Below, piece by piece: positions 34,245 to 43,206 of a stretch of 64,000 nt of DNA. The notes under the pieces are model-generated. The model was not told the origin of the DNA and did not search any database. It saw only the letters and a program-made list of their open reading frames with translations. The translations under genes and the position numbers were made by a program. The DNA comes from Candidatus Aenigmatarchaeota archaeon. GTDB lineage: Archaea > Aenigmatarchaeota > Aenigmatarchaeia > CG10238-14 > SCSR01. How positions within the stretch are numbered: position 1 is the first letter of the stretch; each line of letters begins with the position of its first letter. The stretch covers positions 39,460 to 103,459 of the forward strand of contig JABABT010000025.1 of assembly GCA_014238095.1 (NCBI GenBank), in the 5' to 3' direction.

Positions 34245-34337
34245 ATGAAATATTGTAGTAAATGTAATATTGAACATAATAAAAAATTAAAAAAATGTCC
34301 TAAATGTAATTTTAAATTAACACAAGTTTCTTATTGA
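34245..34337 (+). CDS. putative 30-aa zinc-ribbon peptide (MKYCSKCNIEHNKKLKKCPKCNFKLTQVSY)
   Basis: Hand-translated. CxxC-x14-CxxC in an intergenic region. Below the ORF-track cutoff. Confidence 0.3.
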   Translation: MKYCSKCNIEHNKKLKKCPKCNFKLTQVSY

Positions 34338-34484
34338 AATTATAAAATATATTTTTTATTAATAGAAATAATAAATATTATTGACTATATTTTTAAACAT
34401 TCTAGAATATAAATTAATATATTGAATTAAACTTTATAAAATATTTATAAACCCTAAAATTGAATTTATTATTAAGTGAAATAA

Positions 34485-34748
34485 ATGCAAAGAAAAATGA
34501 AATCAAAGAAAATGATGAGTTCTAGAATATGTTCAAATCCAACTAAAATGATAATGGGTAAAGTAATAATAGCCATTGGTATTTTAATTGGAATACAAGG
34601 ATTTGCCTTACAATTACAATTAGGTGGAACTTGGGGATCTGATCCAGTAACAATAGCAACAGTATTTGTATACTACTTAATTGCTGCTTTCTTAATAGCA
34701 TGTGCTAAGAAATGTTGCGGTTCTTGTTGTAGTTCATGTTCTATGTAA
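34485..34748 (+). CDS. small 2-TM membrane protein with Cys-rich C-terminal tail (CAKKCCGSCCSSCSM)
   Basis: 87 aa with two hydrophobic helices and 8 Cys in the last 15 residues. Confidence 0.45.
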   Translation: MQRKMKSKKMMSSRICSNPTKMIMGKVIIAIGILIGIQGFALQLQLGGTWGSDPVTIATVFVYYLIAAFLIACAKKCCGSCCSSCSM

Positions 34749-34760
34749 CTTTAAAAAAAT

Positions 34761-34800
34761 AAAATTTTTTAATTTTTTTTAATTTTTTTTAATTTTTTAT
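34761..34800. terminator. T-rich tandem decamer tract (aatttttttt x3) between convergent genes; likely bidirectional terminator
   Basis: Three tandem copies of aatttttttt sit between the stop codons of convergent genes at 34748 and 34815. Archaeal termination uses oligo-T tracts. Confidence 0.4.
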
Positions 34801-34814
34801 TTAAAATTAATAAA

Positions 34815-35210
34815 TTATTTTAATTTTTTAAGAGTTTGATAATTTAAAACTTCAAAAAATTCAATATCTGATCCAGGAATAATTTCTTCTTTTCTATCTT
34901 CAGGAATTTCCATTTCCATAACTTCAAAATTTTCCATATCCATTATCTGAGCTTTATTATTTCCAATTAATGAAACAACTTGACCTTTTTTCCTTAAAAT
35001 TATTGGAACTTCAATATTATCATGAGCTGTTTTTATTACACTTTTCCTTATACCATCCAAAATACCTATAGCATCTAAACGAACTTTTGCATGACCATGT
35101 TTACCAGATGAAGAAACATTTACCTTATCAACCTTACATGGAATATTATTTATAATAACAAATCCTCCTGGTTTCAAATGTTTCGCTAATTGTGTTGTTT
35201 TATCTGCCAT
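34815..35210 (-). CDS. translation initiation factor 5A (aIF-5A), hypusine-containing
   Basis: SSSGKHGHAKVRL hypusination loop. 131 aa with an OB-fold C-terminus. Confidence 0.85.
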   Translation of the reverse strand: MADKTTQLAKHLKPGGFVIINNIPCKVDKVNVSSSGKHGHAKVRLDAIGILDGIRKSVIKTAHDNIEVPIILRKKGQVVSLIGNNKAQIMDMENFEVMEMEIPEDRKEEIIPGSDIEFFEVLNYQTLKKLK

Positions 35211-35215
35211 AAATA

Positions 35216-35440
35216 TTACCTATTTGCAATTCGTATATCTTCTTTTTTTATTGTAACACGTTTTGCATGATTACATGCTGCTATAGCATTAATTGCTAAT
35301 TTATTAGACAATTCTAATAAAATAAGCCTCATTTCTTCCAAAGCAGAATAAGATATTCTTTCTGCACCAGCATTTCTAGCTATTTTTTCAAGTGGTGATA
35401 ATGGAAATTCTTTTACCATAAATAAAATATTATTTCTCAC
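35216..35440 (-). CDS. archaeal histone (HMf-like histone fold)
   Basis: 74 aa. LSPLEKIARNAGAERIS....AIAACNHAKRVTIKKEDIRIA closely matches HMfB. Confidence 0.75.
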   Translation of the reverse strand: MRNNILFMVKEFPLSPLEKIARNAGAERISYSALEEMRLILLELSNKLAINAIAACNHAKRVTIKKEDIRIANR

Positions 35441-35639
35441 TTTAATAAGGTTTAGGAATAAAAAATATTAAAAAAACAAATTTAATTTTATTTATATATA
35501 TATAAATTAAGGTTATTATATAGATTTAATCTTATAATAATATATTAAATAACTATAATAGATATTTCTTAAGATTAATGATATAGGTGATTATATACCA
35601 AAAGAAAAAACAAAAAAAATAACTAAAAAAAATAAAGTT

Positions 35640-36608
35640 TTGAAGAAGAAATCTATAGGAAAATTAATGAAACCTAGTGGTAAAAAGAAAGGTAGAGTTT
35701 GTACTGATTGTGGAAGTTCTAATTTAAATGAAGATGCAACAAGAGGTGAAGTTGTATGTGTAAAATGTGGTTTAGTTATGCAACAAAATATTATTGATAC
35801 TGGTCAAGAATGGAGAGCATTTGATTCTGAACAAATGTCAAGAAGAGCAAGAAGTGGCGCTCCATTAACACATACAAAACACGATAAAGGTTTAACAACT
35901 GAAATTGGTAAAGGTGTTGGAGAACTTTATAAAGTTCCTACTAAAAAAAGAGCTCAATATTATAGATTAACAAAATGGCATAAAAGATTAATAAAATCAA
36001 AAGATAGAAATCTTTCATTTGCATTATCAGAACTTCAAAGAATTGTTTCATTCTTAAATTTACCAAAACCAATTCATGAAAAAATTGCTCGTTATTATGA
36101 AGAAGCTGTGAATAAGGGACTTGTTAGAGGAAGATCAATTGAGTCTGTTGTTGCTTCTTTAACTTATGCTGTATCACGTGAATTTGATTCTCCTAGAACT
36201 CTTGATGAAATTGCAGAATCGTCTGGAGTTGAAAAAAGAGAAATTGGAAGAACATATAGGTATATAGCTAGAGAATTAAAAATTAGAATATTACCAGCAA
36301 ATCCAATAACTTTTATTCCAAGATTTTGTTCAATGCTTGGTTTATCAGATAGTATACAAGCTAAATCAATTGAAATTTTGAAAAGAGCAAAACAACATGA
36401 TATAACAAGTGGTAAAGGTCCAACTGGTGTAGCTGCTGCTGCAATATATATAGCAACTGTATTAATTGGTGAAAAAAGAACACAAAGAGAAGTAGCAGAT
36501 ATTGTTGGAGTTACAGAAGTTACAATTAGAAATAGATATAAAGAATTAATTGATAAACTTGGAATTGAAGATGATATAGAAAAAAAAACAGGTAAAGTAT
36601 CAGAATAA
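35640..36608 (+). CDS. tfb: transcription initiation factor IIB (TFB)
   Basis: N-terminal Zn ribbon CTDCGS..CVKCGLV, a B-finger/linker, and two cyclin-fold repeats. Confidence 0.9.
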   Translation: MKKKSIGKLMKPSGKKKGRVCTDCGSSNLNEDATRGEVVCVKCGLVMQQNIIDTGQEWRAFDSEQMSRRARSGAPLTHTKHDKGLTTEIGKGVGELYKVPTKKRAQYYRLTKWHKRLIKSKDRNLSFALSELQRIVSFLNLPKPIHEKIARYYEEAVNKGLVRGRSIESVVASLTYAVSREFDSPRTLDEIAESSGVEKREIGRTYRYIARELKIRILPANPITFIPRFCSMLGLSDSIQAKSIEILKRAKQHDITSGKGPTGVAAAAIYIATVLIGEKRTQREVADIVGVTEVTIRNRYKELIDKLGIEDDIEKKTGKVSE

Positions 36609-36655
36609 ATAAAACATTCCGAAATATTATTTAATTACGATTAACAAATAATTAT

Positions 36656-37204
36656 ATGAAAAAAAATCATATGGGAGATAATGGTAAAACTTCTTTAGTT
36701 GGTAGTAGAGTTTCAAAAGATAATTTATATATTGAAGTTTGTGGTTCTATAGATGAATTAAATAGTTCTATAGGTTTAATGAAATCTTTTTCAAAATTTA
36801 ATGAAATTAATTCTTTTATTAAAAAAGTTCAAGAAGATTTATTTATTATGGGTGCTGAATTATCGAATGTTACAAATGAAGGTAGTTCTTATAAAATTAC
36901 AAATGAAAATGTAAAATTTATTGAAAAGTTTTCAGATGAATTGGAAAAATATATAAAACCATTGAATAAATTTGTTTTACCTGGTGGTTCAAATATAGCA
37001 TCATTATCACATTTATCAAGATCTATATGTAGACGTGTAGAAAGAAAAATTATAAAACTTTCAAAAGAAAAAAAAATTAATCCAATTATAATTTGTTATA
37101 TAAATCGTTTATCAGATGTTTTGTTTATAATATCTAGATATACAAATCAAAAATTGAATATAAAAGAAACAGTTTGGGGTCCTGATAATTTACTTGGTAT
37201 TTAA
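36656..37204 (+). CDS. PduO-type ATP:cob(I)alamin adenosyltransferase family protein (MMAB-like)
   Basis: GDNGKTSLVGSRVSKDNLYIEVCGSIDELNSSIG matches the PduO N-terminal signature. Confidence 0.75.
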   Translation: MKKNHMGDNGKTSLVGSRVSKDNLYIEVCGSIDELNSSIGLMKSFSKFNEINSFIKKVQEDLFIMGAELSNVTNEGSSYKITNENVKFIEKFSDELEKYIKPLNKFVLPGGSNIASLSHLSRSICRRVERKIIKLSKEKKINPIIICYINRLSDVLFIISRYTNQKLNIKETVWGPDNLLGI

Positions 37205-37226
37205 TTAAAATTATATTTTATTTTTA

Positions 37227-38081
37227 TTAACCAATAAATTTGGCTTTTACTTTATTTTTATCAATTTCAATTATAGAAACTTGTCCATTATGACCAAATC
37301 CCGATGCTATTACTGAAGTATTTCCAATCATTTTCAATCCTCTATGTTCATGAAAATGAGAACAAACACAAAGAAGTGGTTTATATTTTTTTATTATATT
37401 TAATGTTACTTTTTCACCATAATTTTTTTTCATTGATTCTAAATAATCAAATGTTTTATATGGTGGGTCATGTGTTACAAATATAAATTTTCTATTATTT
37501 TTAGATTTTTCAAAAATTTTTTCAATATTATTTTTTAATTCATTTCTAACTTTAATAATATTTTTTTTATCAATTACTCCAATATTTTTATATAAATATT
37601 CTTTAAAAGAACTTCCTCTATATCCACCAAAACCAGCTATTTGGAATCCTTTAATATTAATAATATTATTATGAATGAATTTCATATTATGTCCAGAATT
37701 TTTATCAAGTAAAAAATCATTTGGTTTATAATTTGTTTGTAATTCTGTTACAGAATCCCAATTTCCATGTATATAATATATTGGTGTTTTTAATTTCTTT
37801 AAAGTAGAAAATATTTTTTCATTATTTTTTTTTGATAATATACTCCATTTTTTAAATTTCTTTTCTGAATCTATTTGAATTTTATATGGCCATAATTCAG
37901 GAATAGGTCCAAATAATTCTACAAGTTTAAATTCATACTTTCTTGATTCATCTGTAAAATCACCACCTGTAAAATCACCTGAAATTAATACAGCATCTGG
38001 TTTTTCATTTTTTATTAAATTCAAAATTTCTTTTTTTAATTTACCATGTAAACAACCAATAGCTATTAATTTTAATGACAT
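37227..38081 (-). CDS. calcineurin-like metallophosphoesterase (motif I DxH replaced by CLH)
   Basis: Motifs GCLHG, ISGDFTGGDF, IHGNWD, VTHDPP, CSHFHEHRG in canonical MPE order. Confidence 0.7.
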   Translation of the reverse strand: MSLKLIAIGCLHGKLKKEILNLIKNEKPDAVLISGDFTGGDFTDESRKYEFKLVELFGPIPELWPYKIQIDSEKKFKKWSILSKKNNEKIFSTLKKLKTPIYYIHGNWDSVTELQTNYKPNDFLLDKNSGHNMKFIHNNIINIKGFQIAGFGGYRGSSFKEYLYKNIGVIDKKNIIKVRNELKNNIEKIFEKSKNNRKFIFVTHDPPYKTFDYLESMKKNYGEKVTLNIIKKYKPLLCVCSHFHEHRGLKMIGNTSVIASGFGHNGQVSIIEIDKNKVKAKFIG

Positions 38082-38089
38082 AATAAAAA

Positions 38090-39289
38090 TTAGTTTTTCT
38101 TATTAAAATTTTTTGCTAATTCATGAATCAATTTTCTTACATTTTCCCGCATATCATTTATTTCTTTTTCAGATATTTTATGTAATTTATGTTCTTTAGA
38201 AAGTTTCTTCAATATTTCTATTCTATCCCAAATTTCTAAATAATATGGTTCTATAATTTTAGAATCAATAAAATATTTTTTAAATCCATCTTTTAATGAA
38301 ATATTTATTTTCTTTAAAACTACTTCATTATCTGTATCTTCTGGTAAATTAATTATTTTTTTCAAAGAAGTTATAATGGCCTTTTCCATAACATTATGTG
38401 TTCTATCTAAAATTTTTTCCTTTTTTCTCATTTCCAATGCATTTAATAAATTAAACATTTTATCAATGTATTTTTCTGATTTTTCTAACCATTCATCTAC
38501 AAAAGATCCTGAAACATTTATAATTTTTTTATGTTCTATTTCTTTTCTTATATTTATAATTTCTTTTAACCATTCTGCATATTCTGGTTCAAGTATACCA
38601 GAATCTACTAAATATTTTTTAACTTCTTCATATGCTTTATTAGGAACAGGTGGTTCAAATCCCATAAACATTAAAACAGCTTGTGAAGTGTTTAACATTG
38701 CATAATAAGAATCTTCAGCAAGCATTAACAATTTAACTGTTTTTGCACGCATAATTTTTTTTGGAGCACTTTCCATATAACTTTCTATTGCTTCTCTAGT
38801 TGATGGAATTTTACCCATATTTAAAAGTTTTTTAATCGGTTCAAAAAAACCAGTATCATATATAGGAATTCCTTCTTTAATAAAATTATAAATTATTGGA
38901 TGAGCTACTCTAGCATAATCCCAAAATTCTGTAAGAGTATATGTTGGTTGAACAGATAACAAATTAATTTTTTCTGATTTTCCATTTGGTAATTTTTTAT
39001 TAATTTTTGATTCAGGTATTTTTTCAGAAATATTTTCTAAATCTTCATCAATTTTATTTTTAATATCTTCATTCATTTCCATTGAAGTATCATCAATTAT
39101 AACAAAAACATCTATATCACTAATTTCTTTAAATTCTTTTCTAGCAACAGAACCCATCATTACAATTGCTTTAATTTTATTACCATATTTTTTTAAAACT
39201 TCTTTTGAGAATTTTTTAACAATTTCAATTCTTCTATCTATAGATTTTGAAACTTCTTTAGATTTTAATTCATTCTTTTTTTTTGGCAT
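38090..39289 (-). CDS. Pol-beta superfamily nucleotidyltransferase with long helical C-terminal domain (paralog 1)
   Basis: MMGSVARKEFKEISDIDVFVIIDD = GS-x10-DxD NTase core. The C-terminal ~250 aa is alpha-helical. Shares the PTYTLTEFWDY..HP.IYNF...G.PIYDTGF block with the adjacent gene. Confidence 0.6.
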   Translation of the reverse strand: MPKKKNELKSKEVSKSIDRRIEIVKKFSKEVLKKYGNKIKAIVMMGSVARKEFKEISDIDVFVIIDDTSMEMNEDIKNKIDEDLENISEKIPESKINKKLPNGKSEKINLLSVQPTYTLTEFWDYARVAHPIIYNFIKEGIPIYDTGFFEPIKKLLNMGKIPSTREAIESYMESAPKKIMRAKTVKLLMLAEDSYYAMLNTSQAVLMFMGFEPPVPNKAYEEVKKYLVDSGILEPEYAEWLKEIINIRKEIEHKKIINVSGSFVDEWLEKSEKYIDKMFNLLNALEMRKKEKILDRTHNVMEKAIITSLKKIINLPEDTDNEVVLKKINISLKDGFKKYFIDSKIIEPYYLEIWDRIEILKKLSKEHKLHKISEKEINDMRENVRKLIHELAKNFNKKN

Positions 39290-40150
39290 TTATTCATCTT
39301 CCTTTGGTAAATCTTCTCCAAGAACTTCTTTAGGAATTAATTTAATAAATCTATCAATTATTTCACGTGATAATTTCAAAGATTTTTCTAAATAAACTGA
39401 ATTTACATCTTTTATTATTTTATGATCAATATCTTTCCACATTTTATTCATATCTTTAAATTTTTTAACCCATTCTTTTTCAAGTTTTTTTTCACTTACA
39501 AATTTTTCTAAAAATTTTGGTATATCTTTGAAATCTGGTTGTTCTTTATAATGATGCATAACAGATGCTTGAATTATATCACTTGCACAATATCTTAATT
39601 CAAATATCATAGATTTCATATCAATTTTTACTTTTCTATATCTAGCTTCTGCAGCATGTGCCCTTATTGATATTGTTTCTTCGCTTGGTGGTAGAAGACC
39701 CATTTTTAACATTCTTTGTACTGGTTTAATAAAACCACTATCATAAATTGGAAGTCCGTATCTTAGAAAATTAACCAATTCTGGAGATCCTATTTTAATC
39801 CAGTGCCAAAATTCTGTTAATGGGGTTGTTTGAACATGAACATCTTTCAAATTATGAGCAATTAAAAGTATATTATGTTGAACTTTTTCAATATCTTCAG
39901 ATCCTTTAGTAGAAGTATCATCTAAAACTACCCAAACATCAGCATCACTTGTCTTAATAGCATCTCCTCTTACAATTGAACCAAATAAAAGAACTGATTT
40001 TATTACATCTCCATATTGTTTACGAGCTTCATTTGTGAATTTTACAACCCTTTTCATAACTTCTTCCTTATTCATAAAACTATCTGACTTAATATTTGGT
40101 TTTATTATTGATGTATCTTTTAATTCTTCCTCTAATTTATCAAAAACCAT
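39290..40150 (-). CDS. Pol-beta superfamily nucleotidyltransferase with helical C-terminal domain (paralog 2)
   Basis: LLFGSIVRGDAIKTSDADVWVVLDD NTase core. TPLTEFWHW..SPELVNFLRYGLPIYDSGF is paralogous to 38090-39289. Adjacent with a 0-nt gap. Confidence 0.6.
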   Translation of the reverse strand: MVFDKLEEELKDTSIIKPNIKSDSFMNKEEVMKRVVKFTNEARKQYGDVIKSVLLFGSIVRGDAIKTSDADVWVVLDDTSTKGSEDIEKVQHNILLIAHNLKDVHVQTTPLTEFWHWIKIGSPELVNFLRYGLPIYDSGFIKPVQRMLKMGLLPPSEETISIRAHAAEARYRKVKIDMKSMIFELRYCASDIIQASVMHHYKEQPDFKDIPKFLEKFVSEKKLEKEWVKKFKDMNKMWKDIDHKIIKDVNSVYLEKSLKLSREIIDRFIKLIPKEVLGEDLPKEDE

Positions 40151-40228
40151 AGTATCAATTTAAATATGGTTATTTTAATATTTAAAATAGTTGAAATTTA
40201 TATATAGTTAAAATTTGTAAATTAATTA

Positions 40229-40939
40229 ATGAAAGCTGTCATTTTATCTGCTGGTTTAAGTATTAGAATGAGGGAAATTAAAGGTATTGATGAACAAAAA
40301 ACTATGATAAAATATTCTGAAAAACCACTTCTACAAAGAAATATAGAAATTATTAGAGATAATGGTATAAAGGATATAATTATTGTAGTTAATTATATGA
40401 AAAATGTTATTAAAAATTATTTTGGAAATGGGGAAAAATTTAATGTTAATATTGAATATGTTGAACAAGAAAATCCTAAAAAAGGTACAGCAAATGCCGT
40501 ATTATGTGTTGAAAGTAAAATAAATAATAATTTTCTTCTAATTTATGGGGATAATGTTTTTGATTCTAAAATTATTAGTAATATATTAAAAATTAATGAT
40601 TGTGATGGTGTATTATGTGTTAAAAATCTTGAAAATCCAAAAAATTTTGGTGTTATTAAAACTGATGGGGAAAATGTGAAGGAAATAATTGAAAAACCGG
40701 AAAAAATAATAAGTAATCTTGCATTAACGGGTATTTTTATTTTACCTATAGAAATATTTGAATCTATTAAAAAAACTAAAATATCAAAACGTGGTGAATA
40801 TGAACTTCCAGAATCAATTCAAATTTTGATTAATGAAGGTTTTAAATTTAAATTTATTGAAATTGATAATTATTGGTTTGATCCAAGAAATGAAGAAGAA
40901 ATTAATGAAATAAATTTATTATTAAAATTAAATCATTAA
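40229..40939 (+). CDS. sugar-phosphate nucleotidyltransferase (NTP_transferase/GlmU-RmlA-like)
   Basis: MKAVILSAGLSIRM N-terminal G-rich loop and a LIYGDNVFD motif. Confidence 0.6.
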   Translation: MKAVILSAGLSIRMREIKGIDEQKTMIKYSEKPLLQRNIEIIRDNGIKDIIIVVNYMKNVIKNYFGNGEKFNVNIEYVEQENPKKGTANAVLCVESKINNNFLLIYGDNVFDSKIISNILKINDCDGVLCVKNLENPKNFGVIKTDGENVKEIIEKPEKIISNLALTGIFILPIEIFESIKKTKISKRGEYELPESIQILINEGFKFKFIEIDNYWFDPRNEEEINEINLLLKLNH

Positions 40940-41090
40940 ATTGGTTGAATATTATTTATTTTAAGAATTATTTATTTTTATAAAAAAAATATACCATTTT
41001 TTATATAATAAAATATTTTTTTATTAAAAATTTAAATAAATAAACCAAATATATATTGAGTATTTTTCATATTGAATTATTGATTAATAA

Positions 41091-43202
41091 TTAAGTTAAT
41101 TCTGATTTTTTAAATTCTTCTGGTCTCTTACCTTTATCTAATGCCGATTTACTTAAGAAAGTATGTTCTTCTTCTGGTACTGCAAGTAATCCTTTTAATG
41201 GGTCCCAATAATGTTCATGCATTGTTTCTAATTGTTTTTCAACAGAATATATTCCATCTGAAGAAACTCCAAAAAATTTCAATGGAAGATTTTCTGGTAA
41301 TGTATCTTTCTTTAATTGTTCCACTATTAACCTAATTGAAATAACAGATTGACCTAAAAATTCCCCAGGTAATTTACCTCCTCCTCTTTCAAACATAATT
41401 ATACCTTTATTTTCTCCCATACCATAACCTTTTTTTCTCATATTATATGCATATACATAAATCCATCTTTGTGCTTCACTACCAACATCAATTGTATCAT
41501 GACCAGGTGCATAAGTTTTAGGATTACCAACATGAAGTCCATAAAAATCTTTTAAAGCATCATCATCTAAAGATTTAAATTCATCTAATGGATTCAATCC
41601 ATTATGTAGATAATGTTCAATATCAACCCAACCTAAAATATATTTAGTATTATGAACTGATTTAAAAGCTTTAATTAATTTATGAATATCTTTTAAATGA
41701 ATAATTCTTTGTAAACCTTCCATTTGTTCTCCAAGTGGATCTGGATTTTCAAATGTTATGAATATTTTAAGTTGATTTATTTTTTCTAAAGCTGTTTTCT
41801 TATAGAAAGAATCAAGTTTTTGATATTTTAAATCTTCATCTCCAAAATTTTCTACTCTATGATGAATAAATTCAGTTAAATTTGGTCTTTCAAAATGACC
41901 CATAATGTAACGAGCAGCTACCATTGCAACTATATTTGGCATAAGATTAACAATACCACGTTTTTCATCCCAAAGTTTTCTTTCATTATCTCCTGTGTTT
42001 GATATTTTCCAATCTTGTTCTAAATTCTCCATTGATTTACCTTTAAAATATAAATTCCATAATGGTTCTTTAGTATTATCTTTCTGATATTCTAAATATT
42101 TAGCAATTATAGCATATGCAAAATCTTCTTTTTCTATTACACCTCTTGATTTTCTTGTTTGTGTTAAATCAAGCCATTTATCAAACATAAAATCATTAAT
42201 TACATTAACAATTTCATTATCATCAAACTCTGATTCAAAATAATCATTAACCATTTCATTAATGGATAAAGATTGAAATGATTCAATTTTACTATGATTT
42301 ATATTTGATAAATTTTCTTGTTCTTGTTTAAGTTTTTGTATTCTTTCATTTAACTCTTTATAACTTATTTCTCTTTTAGATATGTTTTTATCTGTTATAT
42401 ATTCTTCATCTATTTTTTGTGGTTTTTGATTTTCAATTTGTAATTGATTAGAAATTTCTTTTAATCTTTTATTATTTTTTTCTATTATTTCTCTATGTTT
42501 CTTAATATATTTTTCTAACTTTTCTATAATTTTTCTTGATTTTTTTTCTTTATCAATTTCTTTTTCTTGAAATGCATGTACAATTAATTGCTTTATTAAA
42601 TGTCTTTTATCCCATGGAGCAAAACCTGCAACTTCTGCAAAAAGATATTTTAAAATAGTTTTTTGAAACCAAGATTTAAGTTTTTTATTTTCATTTAATA
42701 ATTTTTCCCAATTTTCAAAACCTCTGAAATCATTTTGAATTTGTCCCTGATATTTATATCTCTCTGCAAGAAGTCCAATTGGATGAATATTAGAAACATG
42801 AAAATTTATATATTCTGGTTTATATTTTGTGTAATCTTTATCTTTTTGATTTGGTTGTCCTTTATTTTTAATAAAATAATCATAAATACCATCAAGATAT
42901 TGATGAAGTCTAATATGAGATTGTTTCCAAATAACTTCTATTCCACTTTCCCATGCCATTAATGAATTAATTTCTCCATGTGCACCCCATCTTATATTAA
43001 GATCTTCTGTAACTTGTCTTATTCTTTCTAAAACATCTGGTTCAACAAATTCAGAAGTATTTTCAAAATCAACTTGAATATAACTTGCACCAGTAGTTGC
43101 AGCTGTTGCTATTTTTTGTGCTACTCCAAGTAGTCCTTTATCTTGAGCAATTTTATGCCAACCACTTGTAATTCCAACTTCATAATTTTCTCCATATCCC
43201 AT
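41091..43202 (-). CDS. large hypothetical protein (703 aa) with central K/E-rich coiled coil and paired GYGEN/GYGMGEN motifs
   Basis: Long ORF with strong coding character. No recognisable catalytic or NTP-binding motif. Confidence 0.6.
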   Translation of the reverse strand: MGYGENYEVGITSGWHKIAQDKGLLGVAQKIATAATTGASYIQVDFENTSEFVEPDVLERIRQVTEDLNIRWGAHGEINSLMAWESGIEVIWKQSHIRLHQYLDGIYDYFIKNKGQPNQKDKDYTKYKPEYINFHVSNIHPIGLLAERYKYQGQIQNDFRGFENWEKLLNENKKLKSWFQKTILKYLFAEVAGFAPWDKRHLIKQLIVHAFQEKEIDKEKKSRKIIEKLEKYIKKHREIIEKNNKRLKEISNQLQIENQKPQKIDEEYITDKNISKREISYKELNERIQKLKQEQENLSNINHSKIESFQSLSINEMVNDYFESEFDDNEIVNVINDFMFDKWLDLTQTRKSRGVIEKEDFAYAIIAKYLEYQKDNTKEPLWNLYFKGKSMENLEQDWKISNTGDNERKLWDEKRGIVNLMPNIVAMVAARYIMGHFERPNLTEFIHHRVENFGDEDLKYQKLDSFYKKTALEKINQLKIFITFENPDPLGEQMEGLQRIIHLKDIHKLIKAFKSVHNTKYILGWVDIEHYLHNGLNPLDEFKSLDDDALKDFYGLHVGNPKTYAPGHDTIDVGSEAQRWIYVYAYNMRKKGYGMGENKGIIMFERGGGKLPGEFLGQSVISIRLIVEQLKKDTLPENLPLKFFGVSSDGIYSVEKQLETMHEHYWDPLKGLLAVPEEEHTFLSKSALDKGKRPEEFKKSELT

Positions 43203-43206
43203 ATTA

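Noticed and set aside
38090-40150. Possibility that one NTase paralog is the archaeal class-I CCA-adding enzyme
   Set aside because: Beyond the generic GS...DxD core, neither protein shows the downstream archaeal CCA-enzyme blocks I remember (second catalytic acidic residue region, RTPFHH-like segment). I kept them as generic Pol-beta NTases but flagged the question in findings.
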